The notes below the pieces were generated by a model, which searched no databases, was not told the origin of the DNA, and worked only from the letters and a program-made list of their open reading frames with translations. This document shows positions 37,724-47,193 of a stretch of 64,000 nt of DNA, piece by piece (positions within the stretch are counted from its first letter, which is position 1; each line of letters starts with the position of its first letter). A program made the translations under genes and the position numbers. Source of the stretch: Deltaproteobacteria bacterium (GTDB lineage: Bacteria > Desulfobacterota > Binatia > UBA12015); NCBI GenBank assembly GCA_046583355.1, contig JAYGCM010000012.1, positions 1 to 64,000 on the forward strand. Direction: 5' to 3'.

Positions 37724-40423
37724 TCAAGGCTCAGTCGGCTCGGTCAGTTCATCGCTGGCGGCTACGTCGCCGCTCTTGTCGTTGAGCGACATGATCCAAT
37801 CACGCATTGCCAGAATCTGCTTGGGCTCGTCGCCGTCAAAGATATCTTCTGGTCCGCCGGGGTAGAAGGCCGGCATCTTGGTGCCCGGCATCTGCGATTG
37901 CGGGTCAGCGATCCAGCGCAGGATCCACTCCGGGTTCAGGCGCTCATGTGCAAATGCCAGGTTCGGCGCCCAATACTGCATGGGACCGGCCGGCGTCTTG
38001 TCGCCCATCACGTGGCACGACCAGCACGAGAAGTACTCGTCGGACATGAGCAGGTCGCCCGTATGGAGCAGATCCGGCGTCGAGTCGGTCTTCGAATCCC
38101 AGAAGAAGAACGGTGTCTTCAAATCGGATTTCGCCGTCAAATACTCGACGATTGCGGTGGTATCATCGACCGTGAGCGGGAAGGTCGGCATGCGGACTTT
38201 CAGCCAGAAACGCAACGGCTGCAAGGCCGGGTCCTGCAGGAATCCGAAGAACCACTCGGGCTGCACCTTATTGCCCTGATCAAAGAGAATCGGCGGGGCC
38301 TCGGTCGGGTTGTCTTCATAGAGACGCCCGATATAGCCGCCCTCGCCATCGATCTCGTGGCAGCCCATGCAATTATATTGATCGACCAGGCGGCGACCCT
38401 TCTGGACCTTGGCCCAGCGATCGTCGTAGCCCTTTTGACGATATTTCATCGGTGGCTGCTTGCCCGTGCGGCTAGCCAACCAGACCCGCAGGTCGATGAT
38501 ATCTTGTTCGCTGAGGTGGAAATTCGGCATCACCTGTTCGACATGCTCGGTCTCGTAGATCCGAGGATCTTCAAGCTTGGCATAGGTCCAGGCATTCCAC
38601 TCGTGCGCGATATCATGCGTATTGCCGAAAAAGAACTCCCCGAGCGGCTTCGACGCAAAGGTGGATAGCTCAACCCCGATGCGCGACTCCGCATCCATGC
38701 CGTTGATCTCATGACAACCGGAGCAGCCATATTTCCGCACCAGAGCAGCCCCTCGCTCGACCTGTTCGGGATCTTCGAGGGTCTGCGCCGTAACCGTCGC
38801 ATCAGGCGCCACAGGCATATCCGGTGCGATACTCAGCAGGTAGGAGGCCATACCGCGCGCCTCTTCGTCGGAGAGACGAAGGCTCGGCATACGGGTATGG
38901 GCGTTCCAGCCGCTGGGGTTCTTGACCCACCAATACAGGAAGCTGCCATTGGTCTTTTGTGCGACACGCGTCAGGTTCGGCGCCCAATCTTTGGTCGCGC
39001 CTAGCGGGCGTGCGATATCGTCTTCGCCCACGGCATGACAGCCGCGGCAGCCGACCTGATCGAACACAACCTGGCCTGCGGCAACCAATTCGGCGTTACC
39101 GGCATCTACCCCGGTTACCTCCGGGTGCGCCGCCGCCCAGGTGTCGCCATCTTCTTTGCTGGACGACCATATATAGGCAGCGATCGCGGTCGCCTCGGCC
39201 TCATCGAGTTCGAAGTCCGGCATCTTGGTGCGCGGTCGGAAGGCAAAGGGATCACGGATCCAATCGACCAGCCATTGCGGGTCGACTTTGGCCGATTCCA
39301 GCCGCAAGCTCGGACCGACGTTGCTCATCTCGGAATAACCCTCGACCAGATGACAGCCGTGGCAACCGAGTTGCTCGAAGAGTTGCTCGCCGCGGGCGAG
39401 TTTCTCCGCCCCCTTGAGGCGGGAGACGTCCCGATGGCAATCGAGACAACGTGCCTGCTGCTGCGGACCACGCAGCAATGGCGTCAACCAGAAATGGACA
39501 TCGCCATGCGCCTGCTCGACAGAGTTCAGGGCGACGCCCTGGCCGTCATGGCATGGCGTGCACGCAACTTTATTGGACGGGTGCTTGCCGAGATACATCT
39601 CGCGGTCCGGATGCGTGCCCAAGGGCTGAGCGTCGTCCTCGAAGCCGATCCGATTGATGCCGATATGACAGGTCTGGCAACGATCTACCCGGTCTACGGG
39701 CTGTGCGAAGTTGTTGATATCGAAATCGGGCAGGACGACCTGATGAATCTGCGGAATTTTCTCGGTCTCTATATAATCGCCGATATTCGACTTCATCTGG
39801 CCGAGCTTGGTCTGAATGGCCAAACGTTCCACGGCGACCACAGCCATTTGGCTGGCGATGGCGGTTACCGGAGCTTCGATCCTGGCAATCGAGCCTACGG
39901 CGGTCTCCAGCGCTATTTGTGCCGTGCCCCAAGCGGATTCGAGCTCGATTCGCTGAAGGTCCAAGCCATCGCGGTACTCACGGGCGCCAGCAACATCACC
40001 ACCATGCTGAATCGCATGGTCGTATTCGTATTTGGAAACTTCGAGTTCACTTTTGATGAAACGGACTTTGATGTCCGCGTCTTTTTCATCGAGTGTGAGC
40101 TCTTCCACCTGCGCGCGCAGCTTCGCCAACTCCGCCTGGGTGGTCGGGTTATCCAGCGTCGCCTCAGCCGCAGCCTTTTGCGCGACCAGCTTCTGGTAAC
40201 CTTCGTGGCCTGCCAGCCTGGCATCTTCGGCTTCGAGTTCATCGGTTGCCCGACTCTTCTCCAGCGCAAAGAACTCGTTCTGAATCTGCTTCCAGGGACG
40301 ACGGAGAACCGTATCGTCCAGAAGCGTCCAGATCGCGCCCACTACCAGCAACGCTGCACAAAGAAGCCACAATCCAGCGTAGCTTCGTTTCTCGTCTTCG
40401 AGGTTGAGGTCTCGTCTAGCCAT
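37724..40423 (-). CDS. Membrane-anchored octaheme cytochrome c (Rieske/cyt b complex subunit)
   Basis: N-terminal TM, long coiled coil, 8 CxxCH motifs (CQTCH, CTPCH, CLDCH, CHGCH, CRGCH, CSGCH, CMGCH, CWSCH). Confidence 0.93.
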   Translation of the reverse strand: MARRDLNLEDEKRSYAGLWLLCAALLVVGAIWTLLDDTVLRRPWKQIQNEFFALEKSRATDELEAEDARLAGHEGYQKLVAQKAAAEATLDNPTTQAELAKLRAQVEELTLDEKDADIKVRFIKSELEVSKYEYDHAIQHGGDVAGAREYRDGLDLQRIELESAWGTAQIALETAVGSIARIEAPVTAIASQMAVVAVERLAIQTKLGQMKSNIGDYIETEKIPQIHQVVLPDFDINNFAQPVDRVDRCQTCHIGINRIGFEDDAQPLGTHPDREMYLGKHPSNKVACTPCHDGQGVALNSVEQAHGDVHFWLTPLLRGPQQQARCLDCHRDVSRLKGAEKLARGEQLFEQLGCHGCHLVEGYSEMSNVGPSLRLESAKVDPQWLVDWIRDPFAFRPRTKMPDFELDEAEATAIAAYIWSSSKEDGDTWAAAHPEVTGVDAGNAELVAAGQVVFDQVGCRGCHAVGEDDIARPLGATKDWAPNLTRVAQKTNGSFLYWWVKNPSGWNAHTRMPSLRLSDEEARGMASYLLSIAPDMPVAPDATVTAQTLEDPEQVERGAALVRKYGCSGCHEINGMDAESRIGVELSTFASKPLGEFFFGNTHDIAHEWNAWTYAKLEDPRIYETEHVEQVMPNFHLSEQDIIDLRVWLASRTGKQPPMKYRQKGYDDRWAKVQKGRRLVDQYNCMGCHEIDGEGGYIGRLYEDNPTEAPPILFDQGNKVQPEWFFGFLQDPALQPLRFWLKVRMPTFPLTVDDTTAIVEYLTAKSDLKTPFFFWDSKTDSTPDLLHTGDLLMSDEYFSCWSCHVMGDKTPAGPMQYWAPNLAFAHERLNPEWILRWIADPQSQMPGTKMPAFYPGGPEDIFDGDEPKQILAMRDWIMSLNDKSGDVAASDELTEPTEP

Positions 40424-40444
40424 GCTTTTCCGTCGGGAGCGCCC

Positions 40445-40618
40445 TTAGGCGTCTCCTCGACCCTCGACCAATCTCCCCGCCAGGAACATAAGAGACCCAG
40501 CGACCAACATCTCTAATTCGAAGCGCAAGCCGGACATTTCCGCCACGCCCCGAAACAGCCCAACACCGACGACCACCATGCCCGCCATCTGTAGGCTTTT
40601 CGCCAAATAAAACTTCAC
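40445..40618 (-). CDS. 57-aa two-TM membrane microprotein (not in ORF track)
   Basis: GTG start; MKFYLAKSLQMAGMVVVGVGLFRGVAEMSGLRFELEMLVAGSLMFLAGRLVEGRGDA; fills the gap within the operon. Confidence 0.7.
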   Translation of the reverse strand: MKFYLAKSLQMAGMVVVGVGLFRGVAEMSGLRFELEMLVAGSLMFLAGRLVEGRGDA

Positions 40619-40627
40619 GGAATCAAA

Positions 40628-41440
40628 TCAGATATTGATCCAGGGGGTCTGCATGATGTACTGAATATTGAACAAATGACGCATCAACATCTTTACCAGC
40701 GTCGACATCATGGTCACAAAAAGAAGAGCCGTAATCATGAAGCGCGGCATTCCCCAGCGCTCCATGAAATCCTTCCCTTTGAGCCAGATGACCCATGCGT
40801 ACATCAACACGACCCCGACCACCATGAATAAGATCACGCAGGTCAGGCCAAAGAGCGCAGCCGGCCAATAATCGCGAATCCCGAAGAGGTAGGGCAAGTT
40901 CACGCCGGTCAGCGCCTCGACTTTATGGGGATCCCATTTCTCCCACGGCCAGAACCAGTTCCAGCCCGGCCCGCGCAACAAGGTCCCGATCACGATCAAC
41001 GAGATCCAGAGAATATGGAACCCGAAGAAGAACGTGAGGAGTTCCCATTTGCGCGACGCCCAGACGTAATAGCCGTTGCCCATCGGGTTGATGTCGATAT
41101 ACGGAATCGCCATCAGGCCGACGATGATCAGGCTCGGCAAGACCACTCCGGCGTGCCACGGATCGAAGAAGACGAGCATCTCCTGCAAGCCGAGGAAATA
41201 CCACGGTGCCTTGGAGGGGTTCGGCGTCTGCGCCGGGTTGGCCGGCTGTTCGAGCGGCGCATCGATCGAGAGCGCCCAGACCATCATGAAGATCGTCACC
41301 AGAAGCGTGCAGAGAAACTCGGCACGGATCAGATGCGGCCAGGTATGAACCTTGTCGTCGCCCGGGCCGAACGCCTTTTTCAGCGTGACCTCGACGCGAC
41401 CGGGAGCTTCGCCTCCCTTGGGTGCAGCAGTAGTTGCCAT
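40628..41440 (-). CDS. Cytochrome b C-terminal / subunit IV-like protein
   Basis: DKVHTWPHL...APLEQPANPAQTPNPSKAPWYFLGLQEML...PYID; ATG at 41440 with GAAGGA RBS. Confidence 0.88.
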   Translation of the reverse strand: MATTAAPKGGEAPGRVEVTLKKAFGPGDDKVHTWPHLIRAEFLCTLLVTIFMMVWALSIDAPLEQPANPAQTPNPSKAPWYFLGLQEMLVFFDPWHAGVVLPSLIIVGLMAIPYIDINPMGNGYYVWASRKWELLTFFFGFHILWISLIVIGTLLRGPGWNWFWPWEKWDPHKVEALTGVNLPYLFGIRDYWPAALFGLTCVILFMVVGVVLMYAWVIWLKGKDFMERWGMPRFMITALLFVTMMSTLVKMLMRHLFNIQYIMQTPWINI

Positions 41441-41451
41441 AGCGGTCCTTC

Positions 41452-41535
41452 TTAAAGGTCCTTGGGCGGCGCCGCGAGAGCGTAGAGCCCCCACAGAATC
41501 GCTACGAAGAGAAACGGCAGAACCAGAACACGCAT
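41452..41535 (-). CDS. 27-aa single-TM microprotein (not in ORF track)
   Basis: AAGAGGGG RBS, then MRVLVLPFLFVAILWGLYALAAPPKDL-stop; lies between the cyt b and subunit IV-like genes. Confidence 0.6.
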   Translation of the reverse strand: MRVLVLPFLFVAILWGLYALAAPPKDL

Positions 41536-41553
41536 AATTCGTCCCCTCTTGTC

Positions 41554-42324
41554 CTAAAGTGCCGGCCCGGAGAAGCCGTCACGACGGATTCGCCAGAAAT
41601 GTACTGCCAGAAAGAGGCTCGTCACCAGAGGAATGAAGATGCAGTGCAGAATATAGAAGCGCAACAATGTCGCTGGGCCGACCTCGCCGCCGCCAAAGAG
41701 GAAGGCGCGGACGTCATAGATCGGGTTCGCGCCAAGGAGTTCCTTGAACGGGCCCTCGTGGCCCAGCACCGGAGTCGCGCGGCCCATATTCGAGCCAACG
41801 GTCACAGCCCAGATAGCCAGCTGATCCCACGGCAGCAGATAGCCTGTGAAACTCAGCAGAAGCGTCAGCACGAGAAGGATGACGCCGACGACCCAGTTGA
41901 ACTCGCGGGGCGGCTTGTAGGAACCGGTCAGGAAGACCCGGAACATATGCAACCAGACCGCGATGACCATACCGTGCGCAGCCCAGCGATGCATATTACG
42001 CATCACCATTCCGAAGGGCATGTCGAACTCAAGGTACTTCATGTCCGCGTACGCGTATTGCGTCACCGGCCGGTAATAGAACATCAGATAGAGGCCCGTC
42101 ACCACGGTGATCAGGAACATCAGGAAGGTGATCCCGCCCATGCACCAGGTGAAGCGCAATCGCGTCGCATGGCGCCGCACCTTTGAGGGGTGCAGATGCA
42201 GCCATACGTTGCCCGAAACCATCAGGATTCGGTTGCGCGGCGTGTCGTCGTAGCCGTGGCGGAAGATAGACTTCCAAACCTGCGACTCAGTGATTTCTTC
42301 TTTGGTTTCGTCCCACCAACCCAT
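41554..42324 (-). CDS. Cytochrome b6-like N-terminal cytochrome b
   Basis: TWCMGG, RNMHRWAAH...LHMFRVF, KPPREFNW, GYLLPWDQ, TLLRFYILH...VHFW. Confidence 0.95.
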   Translation of the reverse strand: MGWWDETKEEITESQVWKSIFRHGYDDTPRNRILMVSGNVWLHLHPSKVRRHATRLRFTWCMGGITFLMFLITVVTGLYLMFYYRPVTQYAYADMKYLEFDMPFGMVMRNMHRWAAHGMVIAVWLHMFRVFLTGSYKPPREFNWVVGVILLVLTLLLSFTGYLLPWDQLAIWAVTVGSNMGRATPVLGHEGPFKELLGANPIYDVRAFLFGGGEVGPATLLRFYILHCIFIPLVTSLFLAVHFWRIRRDGFSGPAL

Positions 42325-42381
42325 GGTGGCCCCCCCCGGTATTATGAATTCGGAAAAAAAACAGACTTGCGCCGGAGCGCG

Positions 42382-42987
42382 TCAGGTCTTGAGGAAGGAG
42401 CCGGGTTTACCCCATTGCCCCTTCTCGAAAAGGAATTTCGTGCTCTTATCGATCTCGATCTGGCCGTCATCGGCCAGCGTAATTTTGAGCCGCTCAAGCG
42501 GCCGCGGTGCGGGCCCCTCGAAGTTGATGCCGCTCTTATAGAACCCGCTGCCGTGGCAGGGGCATTTGAATTTGGACTCTGCCGTCAGCCAGCGAGGCGT
42601 ACAGCCCAGATGCGTGCATTTCGCCCAGAGTGCGTAGAAGCCCTCGGGTTCCCGCACGATCCAGACGCGATAATCTTTTTTGAATTTCGCGCTTACCTCG
42701 CCAATGGCGAAGTCCGCCGGCACGCCCGCTTTGAAACTGCTGGGCGGCAGGAAGAGGACACGCGGGAAGGCAGAGCGTAGCGCCGCCAGGAGGAACGTCA
42801 GCGAAAACGCGCCGAAGAGCATCCAGCCCATGCGCCCAACCACGTCACGGCGCGACCAGAGGCCACCCAATTGGGCCTTTTCGCGTTGCCGTTTGACGCG
42901 CTCGAGCCGCTGCTCTTCACGCCTGCGTACGGCGACTGCCGCGGCGTCGTCGCCGCCGTCAGATACTGTTGCTTCACCACTAGCCAT
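42382..42987 (-). CDS. Rieske [2Fe-2S] subunit
   Basis: SRRDVV Tat-like motif plus TM; CTHLGC and CPCHGS boxes; GPAPRPL. Confidence 0.95.
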   Translation of the reverse strand: MASGEATVSDGGDDAAAVAVRRREEQRLERVKRQREKAQLGGLWSRRDVVGRMGWMLFGAFSLTFLLAALRSAFPRVLFLPPSSFKAGVPADFAIGEVSAKFKKDYRVWIVREPEGFYALWAKCTHLGCTPRWLTAESKFKCPCHGSGFYKSGINFEGPAPRPLERLKITLADDGQIEIDKSTKFLFEKGQWGKPGSFLKT

Positions 42988-43081
42988 GGGAAAAATCTCA
43001 GCCTTCAATAAGGGATTCGAGTCAGCTCCAAGGATAGAAACCACCCCGGAACCTCTCCAATAAGTTTGCCACCGTGACTCA

Positions 43082-43453
43082 TTAGTCCGGCTTGTTTGAA
43101 CGGAAGCGCTCTCGCAGCGAGCGTCCCATCCCCATAAGTACACCAATTAACGCGGACAAGAGGCCCATCGACATGAGCACAATCCCGACCGGCGGGAAGA
43201 CCAGAGCCAGCATGAAACCGACGGCGATAAGAGGAATGCCGAATGCGAGCGGGTTGAGAGGAGCCGGCTTGGCCCCTGGTTCCCGCAGCGCCGCCTCCGG
43301 CACCGGTTCGGTTACCGTCTCACGAAGCAATTCGACTGCGTATTCACGCATCCCTGGCCGATTCATTCCCTCGGACTCATTGATAGCAGAGGCGAGTTCG
43401 CGCGTGAGTTGGTCTACCCGCGATTCGTCCGCCGCATCGTCCGTAGGCTCGAT
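43082..43453 (-). CDS. Hypothetical two-TM membrane protein; start uncertain (ATG 43366 or ATC 43453)
   Basis: Hydrophobic hairpin PLAFGIPLIAVG...GVLMGMG; the frame is open upstream of the first ATG, with a GGGGGA RBS before ATC. Confidence 0.6.
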   Translation of the reverse strand: MEPTDDAADESRVDQLTRELASAINESEGMNRPGMREYAVELLRETVTEPVPEAALREPGAKPAPLNPLAFGIPLIAVGFMLALVFPPVGIVLMSMGLLSALIGVLMGMGRSLRERFRSNKPD

Positions 43454-43554
43454 GTTGTCCCCCGTTCTCTCGCGGCAGAAAAGCCACCGCGAACACGCCG
43501 TTTTGGCGTCTAAAAAACTTATGGTGGGTAGTTCACTCGATTAGCTCTGTCAAC

Positions 43555-46200
43555 TCAGGAGCCGGTATTTCCGGATGCCGTGCGCTCTGCATCGCGCACA
43601 TGGGTCGGGGTTCCCGGCCACGCTTCGACCCCGGGGACCAGCAAGCCCGCACCGAGTCGCCGCAACACCGCTGCCGTCTCGGGCGCATCTACGATTCGCC
43701 TAATGCGCTGGTCCCGCGAGGTGCGGCCCTTTTCGATCGTCAGAAGGCCCATCTCGGCAAAACGGGAAGTCGCGTTCTTGAAAACGATCGGATTGGCCGC
43801 CTCGGGACGCACAACCTCGCCGAGCAGGCGGGCCGCGTCGAAGCTGCGACCGATCTGTTGCATCCATTCGGCATCCGGCACCGACTCTTCGCCCAATTGC
43901 CCAATGGCCCGCGCGGCGATCCAATAGGCTTCGCGGAAATTTTCCAGAATGCTGCCCAGCGCTCGAACCAAGGGCACCGAGGCACCTCGCCCGGCAAAGC
44001 CCACGCCATGCGCATCAAAATATTCCAGAATGCGGGTGATCCGGGGCCCGACATCGGCGTGCTCCGGCAACGGGAATTCCCACCGGAAGATCTCCAACCA
44101 CCACCAGACTTCTTGTTCCAGATCCTCGCGCGCGACACCGCGCATCAACGCATGGGCCACCAAAGAGGCGGTCAGGAAGAAATGAATCGAGTTGTTTTTG
44201 TAGAAATCCAGCGCCGTTCGCTTGCCCTTGGCGATGCGCATCACACGCTGTCGCCCCTCACCTTCAATCTCGATCAGTCCAGTGCCGTGCAGAAAGGAGA
44301 GGATTTCATTGAAGTCATCGCGGCCGAGATTGCGCTCCAGGGACGGCGTGAAGGTCGCCCCGCGCCAGCGCAGCAATTCGGCCAAAGCCCGAGAATCCCG
44401 TGCAAAATCAGCGAAGCAGACACCGGTATCCGGGGCAGAGAGAAGGACGGTTGCCGACAGCGAAGTCGCGCCCACCACGGCGGCCTCATTCACATCGCGC
44501 AAAATGCGAAAACCGAGCTTCTGCACGAAGCGGCGCTGCTCTTCCTCGACGGCAGCGTCACCCTCGGACGCGGCGAAGCGGTCGAAATTCGCGCCCAGAG
44601 TCTCGCGCAGCGATACCGGCTCGGCGAAGCTCACATAGACCGTGCCGTGGCGTTGCTTGAGCACCGAGCGGGCCCGGAGAAGGCCACCGATGGATTCCCG
44701 CTCCTTGGCGGCGCCGCCCAATTCCGCGTCGTAGGCGTTCTCTTCGGCAATCCGGCCGTAATGAATCGATACGGGAACCAGGTAGAGATCGCGGCGCACG
44801 CCCTGGAGGAACGCACCGACAATGCTCGCCAGCACACCGAGTTTCGGCGTGAGCATCTTGCCCGTGCGGCTGCGCCCCCCTTCAATGAAGAACTCGAGCG
44901 TATAGCCCTCACGGATCAGGGTGGCGAGATAGCGATGGAAGACCATCTTGTAGAGTTTGTCGCCGGCGAAACTGCGCCGCACAAAGAACGCCCCGGCCCC
45001 GCGCAGAAGCGGCCCCAGCGGCCAGAAGGCCATATTGATGCCGGCATGGATATGCGGTGGTGACAGGAAGTTCTCACGGAAAACGTAGGAGAGCACCAGA
45101 TAATCAAAGTGGCTGCGGTGGCACGGCACCAGCACCACGGGGTGATTCTTCACGCGCTCGGCCACCCGCGCGAGACCTCGTACCTCAAGGCCGCTGAAGG
45201 CCCGCTTCCAGACTTGATGGAAAGCTCCTTCGGCCAGGCCGAAGGCAAAGCCGTTGAAGTTGGCGGCCATCTCCCAGAAAGAGCGGCGTGCCTCACGCCA
45301 GGCCTTGGCCTCCGTGATGCCGCGCTCGGCGGCGATGGCGCTTACCTGGCGAGCTACATCGGGGCCCTCAAGCACACGCTCGGCCAGCACCTCGCGCGAA
45401 GAAAGCAGCGGGCCCCAGACCGCTCGTTCTTCCTGGGCCAATTCGCGCTGCAATGCGTTGCCCAGGCGCCGCACCACCCGCGCCTCATGCATGCGGCGAC
45501 AACCCACGAGAAAACGCTGTACATCGGTGGTGCGTCCGAAGCTGACCAGCAGATCCTCGCGATTAAAGGCGTAAGTGAAAAACTTTTTCAGGTCATTCGG
45601 CGCATCGTGCACGCTATAGGCGAGCGCCGAGAGACGGCGGATTTGGCGCCGGAAGGCGCGACCGCGAAAGACCGAAAGCGGAACCAGATGCACGGGGCGG
45701 CCGGTCCGGCGGGCCAGACGCACAACCTCATGCAGTATCGCCTTACCGGGGCGCGCCGCCGCCAACGATTCACGACGGGTGGCAAGCACCCACGGAGTGC
45801 GTGCGCGCAAAAAGAGCACCACGGGTTCGCCCGCGGCAACGTGCCGTACGACTTCTTCGCAGTCGCGCGAGAGCCGACGTGCCGGGCTCGGCCAATGCGG
45901 ATCGCGCAGCCACGCGCGAAATAGCCGCCAGCGCTCGTCCAGACCCAGCGGCAAGCCACAAAAGTATTGGGGAAGCGGCAGGCGCTCGCGGCGGAGAATC
46001 CAGGAGGCCAGGTAGGCATCGAGAATCGAGCGATGCCGCAGCACATAGACTACCGCGCCCTGCCGGCTGCGCTCGCGAACCATCGCCAATCCCGCTGCAT
46101 CAACATGCACATGAGCGGTCAGCCAGCGCGCAAGCAGGAAGCGCAAACCGCGCGCCTCGGGCCGGGCGGTAGCGCGAGGGGTTTCGGAGTCCATGCTCAT
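43555..46200 (-). CDS. plsB: Glycerol-3-phosphate acyltransferase PlsB-like
   Basis: VPCHRSHFDYL, AGAFFVRR, FFIEGGRSRTGK, LVPVSI. Confidence 0.9.
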   Translation of the reverse strand: MSMDSETPRATARPEARGLRFLLARWLTAHVHVDAAGLAMVRERSRQGAVVYVLRHRSILDAYLASWILRRERLPLPQYFCGLPLGLDERWRLFRAWLRDPHWPSPARRLSRDCEEVVRHVAAGEPVVLFLRARTPWVLATRRESLAAARPGKAILHEVVRLARRTGRPVHLVPLSVFRGRAFRRQIRRLSALAYSVHDAPNDLKKFFTYAFNREDLLVSFGRTTDVQRFLVGCRRMHEARVVRRLGNALQRELAQEERAVWGPLLSSREVLAERVLEGPDVARQVSAIAAERGITEAKAWREARRSFWEMAANFNGFAFGLAEGAFHQVWKRAFSGLEVRGLARVAERVKNHPVVLVPCHRSHFDYLVLSYVFRENFLSPPHIHAGINMAFWPLGPLLRGAGAFFVRRSFAGDKLYKMVFHRYLATLIREGYTLEFFIEGGRSRTGKMLTPKLGVLASIVGAFLQGVRRDLYLVPVSIHYGRIAEENAYDAELGGAAKERESIGGLLRARSVLKQRHGTVYVSFAEPVSLRETLGANFDRFAASEGDAAVEEEQRRFVQKLGFRILRDVNEAAVVGATSLSATVLLSAPDTGVCFADFARDSRALAELLRWRGATFTPSLERNLGRDDFNEILSFLHGTGLIEIEGEGRQRVMRIAKGKRTALDFYKNNSIHFFLTASLVAHALMRGVAREDLEQEVWWWLEIFRWEFPLPEHADVGPRITRILEYFDAHGVGFAGRGASVPLVRALGSILENFREAYWIAARAIGQLGEESVPDAEWMQQIGRSFDAARLLGEVVRPEAANPIVFKNATSRFAEMGLLTIEKGRTSRDQRIRRIVDAPETAAVLRRLGAGLLVPGVEAWPGTPTHVRDAERTASGNTGS

Positions 46201-46217
46201 TAGCTTACTCTGGACAG

Positions 46218-47177
46218 ATGCCCGCTGCACACTCCCACACAATCGAAGTCTTGGAAAACGAAATAGGGGCTCGTCTCGATGCCCTACTGGCAGAGCGCCT
46301 CGGCATCGGCCGCCGCGCCGTGCTGCGTCTACTGGACCGTACCCGCGTCAATGGCCACCGTGAACCGAAATCCATGCGCCTGCGCAGCGGCGACCGCATC
46401 GAGATCCTGCCCGGTACTACGGGCGAAGCCCCCGAGGCGTTGCGGGTCATGCGCAGCACCACCGGCGTCCTCGTCATCGACAAACCCGCCGGCCTACCCA
46501 CTCTCTCGCTGGCCGGACAAGACGAAGACACGCTGGCCGCACGGGTGGCGGCTTTCGATCCGGGCTGCCGCGAGGCCGGTGCGCCACTCGAATCCGGTCT
46601 CGTACAACGACTCGACACAGGCACCTCCGGACTGATCCTGGCCGCACGCAATGCCGACGCCTGGCGCGCTTTGCGCGAGCAAATTGCCGGACATGAATTG
46701 CAGAAAACCTATCTCTGCCTGGTTGCAGGGACCCTCGCCGGAGACCAGACGATCGCCACGCCGATCGGTCAGCACCGCAAGAGCCGGCGACGCATGATCG
46801 CTCTTTCCCACGAAGCCCCCCCGGAACGCTACCGAACCCAGGTGGCCGAGAGCCGCATGACGGTACTCGGTCGCGCCGGCAATGGTACCTTCGTGCGAGT
46901 CGCGACCAGTACCGGAGCGCGCCATCAGGTCCGCGTCCATCTGGCGAGCATCGGTCACCCGATCGTCGGCGATACCCTCTACGGCGGGCCCGATCTCAGC
47001 GACACCTACTACGGCGGCGCCGCGCTCGCCGATGCGCCCGGCCATTGCCTGCACGCCGAGTCGATCCGCTGGCGGGATCCGGATAGCGGGCACAGCGAAT
47101 TCGAGGAATTGGCGCCGCCGACGTGGTGGGAGCAGGCCGCCGGTGGCGTGCTACCGCTCGCACCAGCCCAGCCTTGA
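46218..47177 (+). CDS. RluA/RluD family pseudouridine synthase
   Basis: S4-like N-terminus; IDKPAG; QRLDTGTSG; TGARHQVRVH; HPIVGDTLYG. Confidence 0.93.
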   Translation: MPAAHSHTIEVLENEIGARLDALLAERLGIGRRAVLRLLDRTRVNGHREPKSMRLRSGDRIEILPGTTGEAPEALRVMRSTTGVLVIDKPAGLPTLSLAGQDEDTLAARVAAFDPGCREAGAPLESGLVQRLDTGTSGLILAARNADAWRALREQIAGHELQKTYLCLVAGTLAGDQTIATPIGQHRKSRRRMIALSHEAPPERYRTQVAESRMTVLGRAGNGTFVRVATSTGARHQVRVHLASIGHPIVGDTLYGGPDLSDTYYGGAALADAPGHCLHAESIRWRDPDSGHSEFEELAPPTWWEQAAGGVLPLAPAQP

Positions 47178-47193
47178 GTCGACTACGGAGGAG

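Noticed and set aside
39035..45063. Long plus-strand ORFs 39035..40516 and 43600..45063
   Set aside because: Antisense shadows of the octaheme cytochrome and plsB genes
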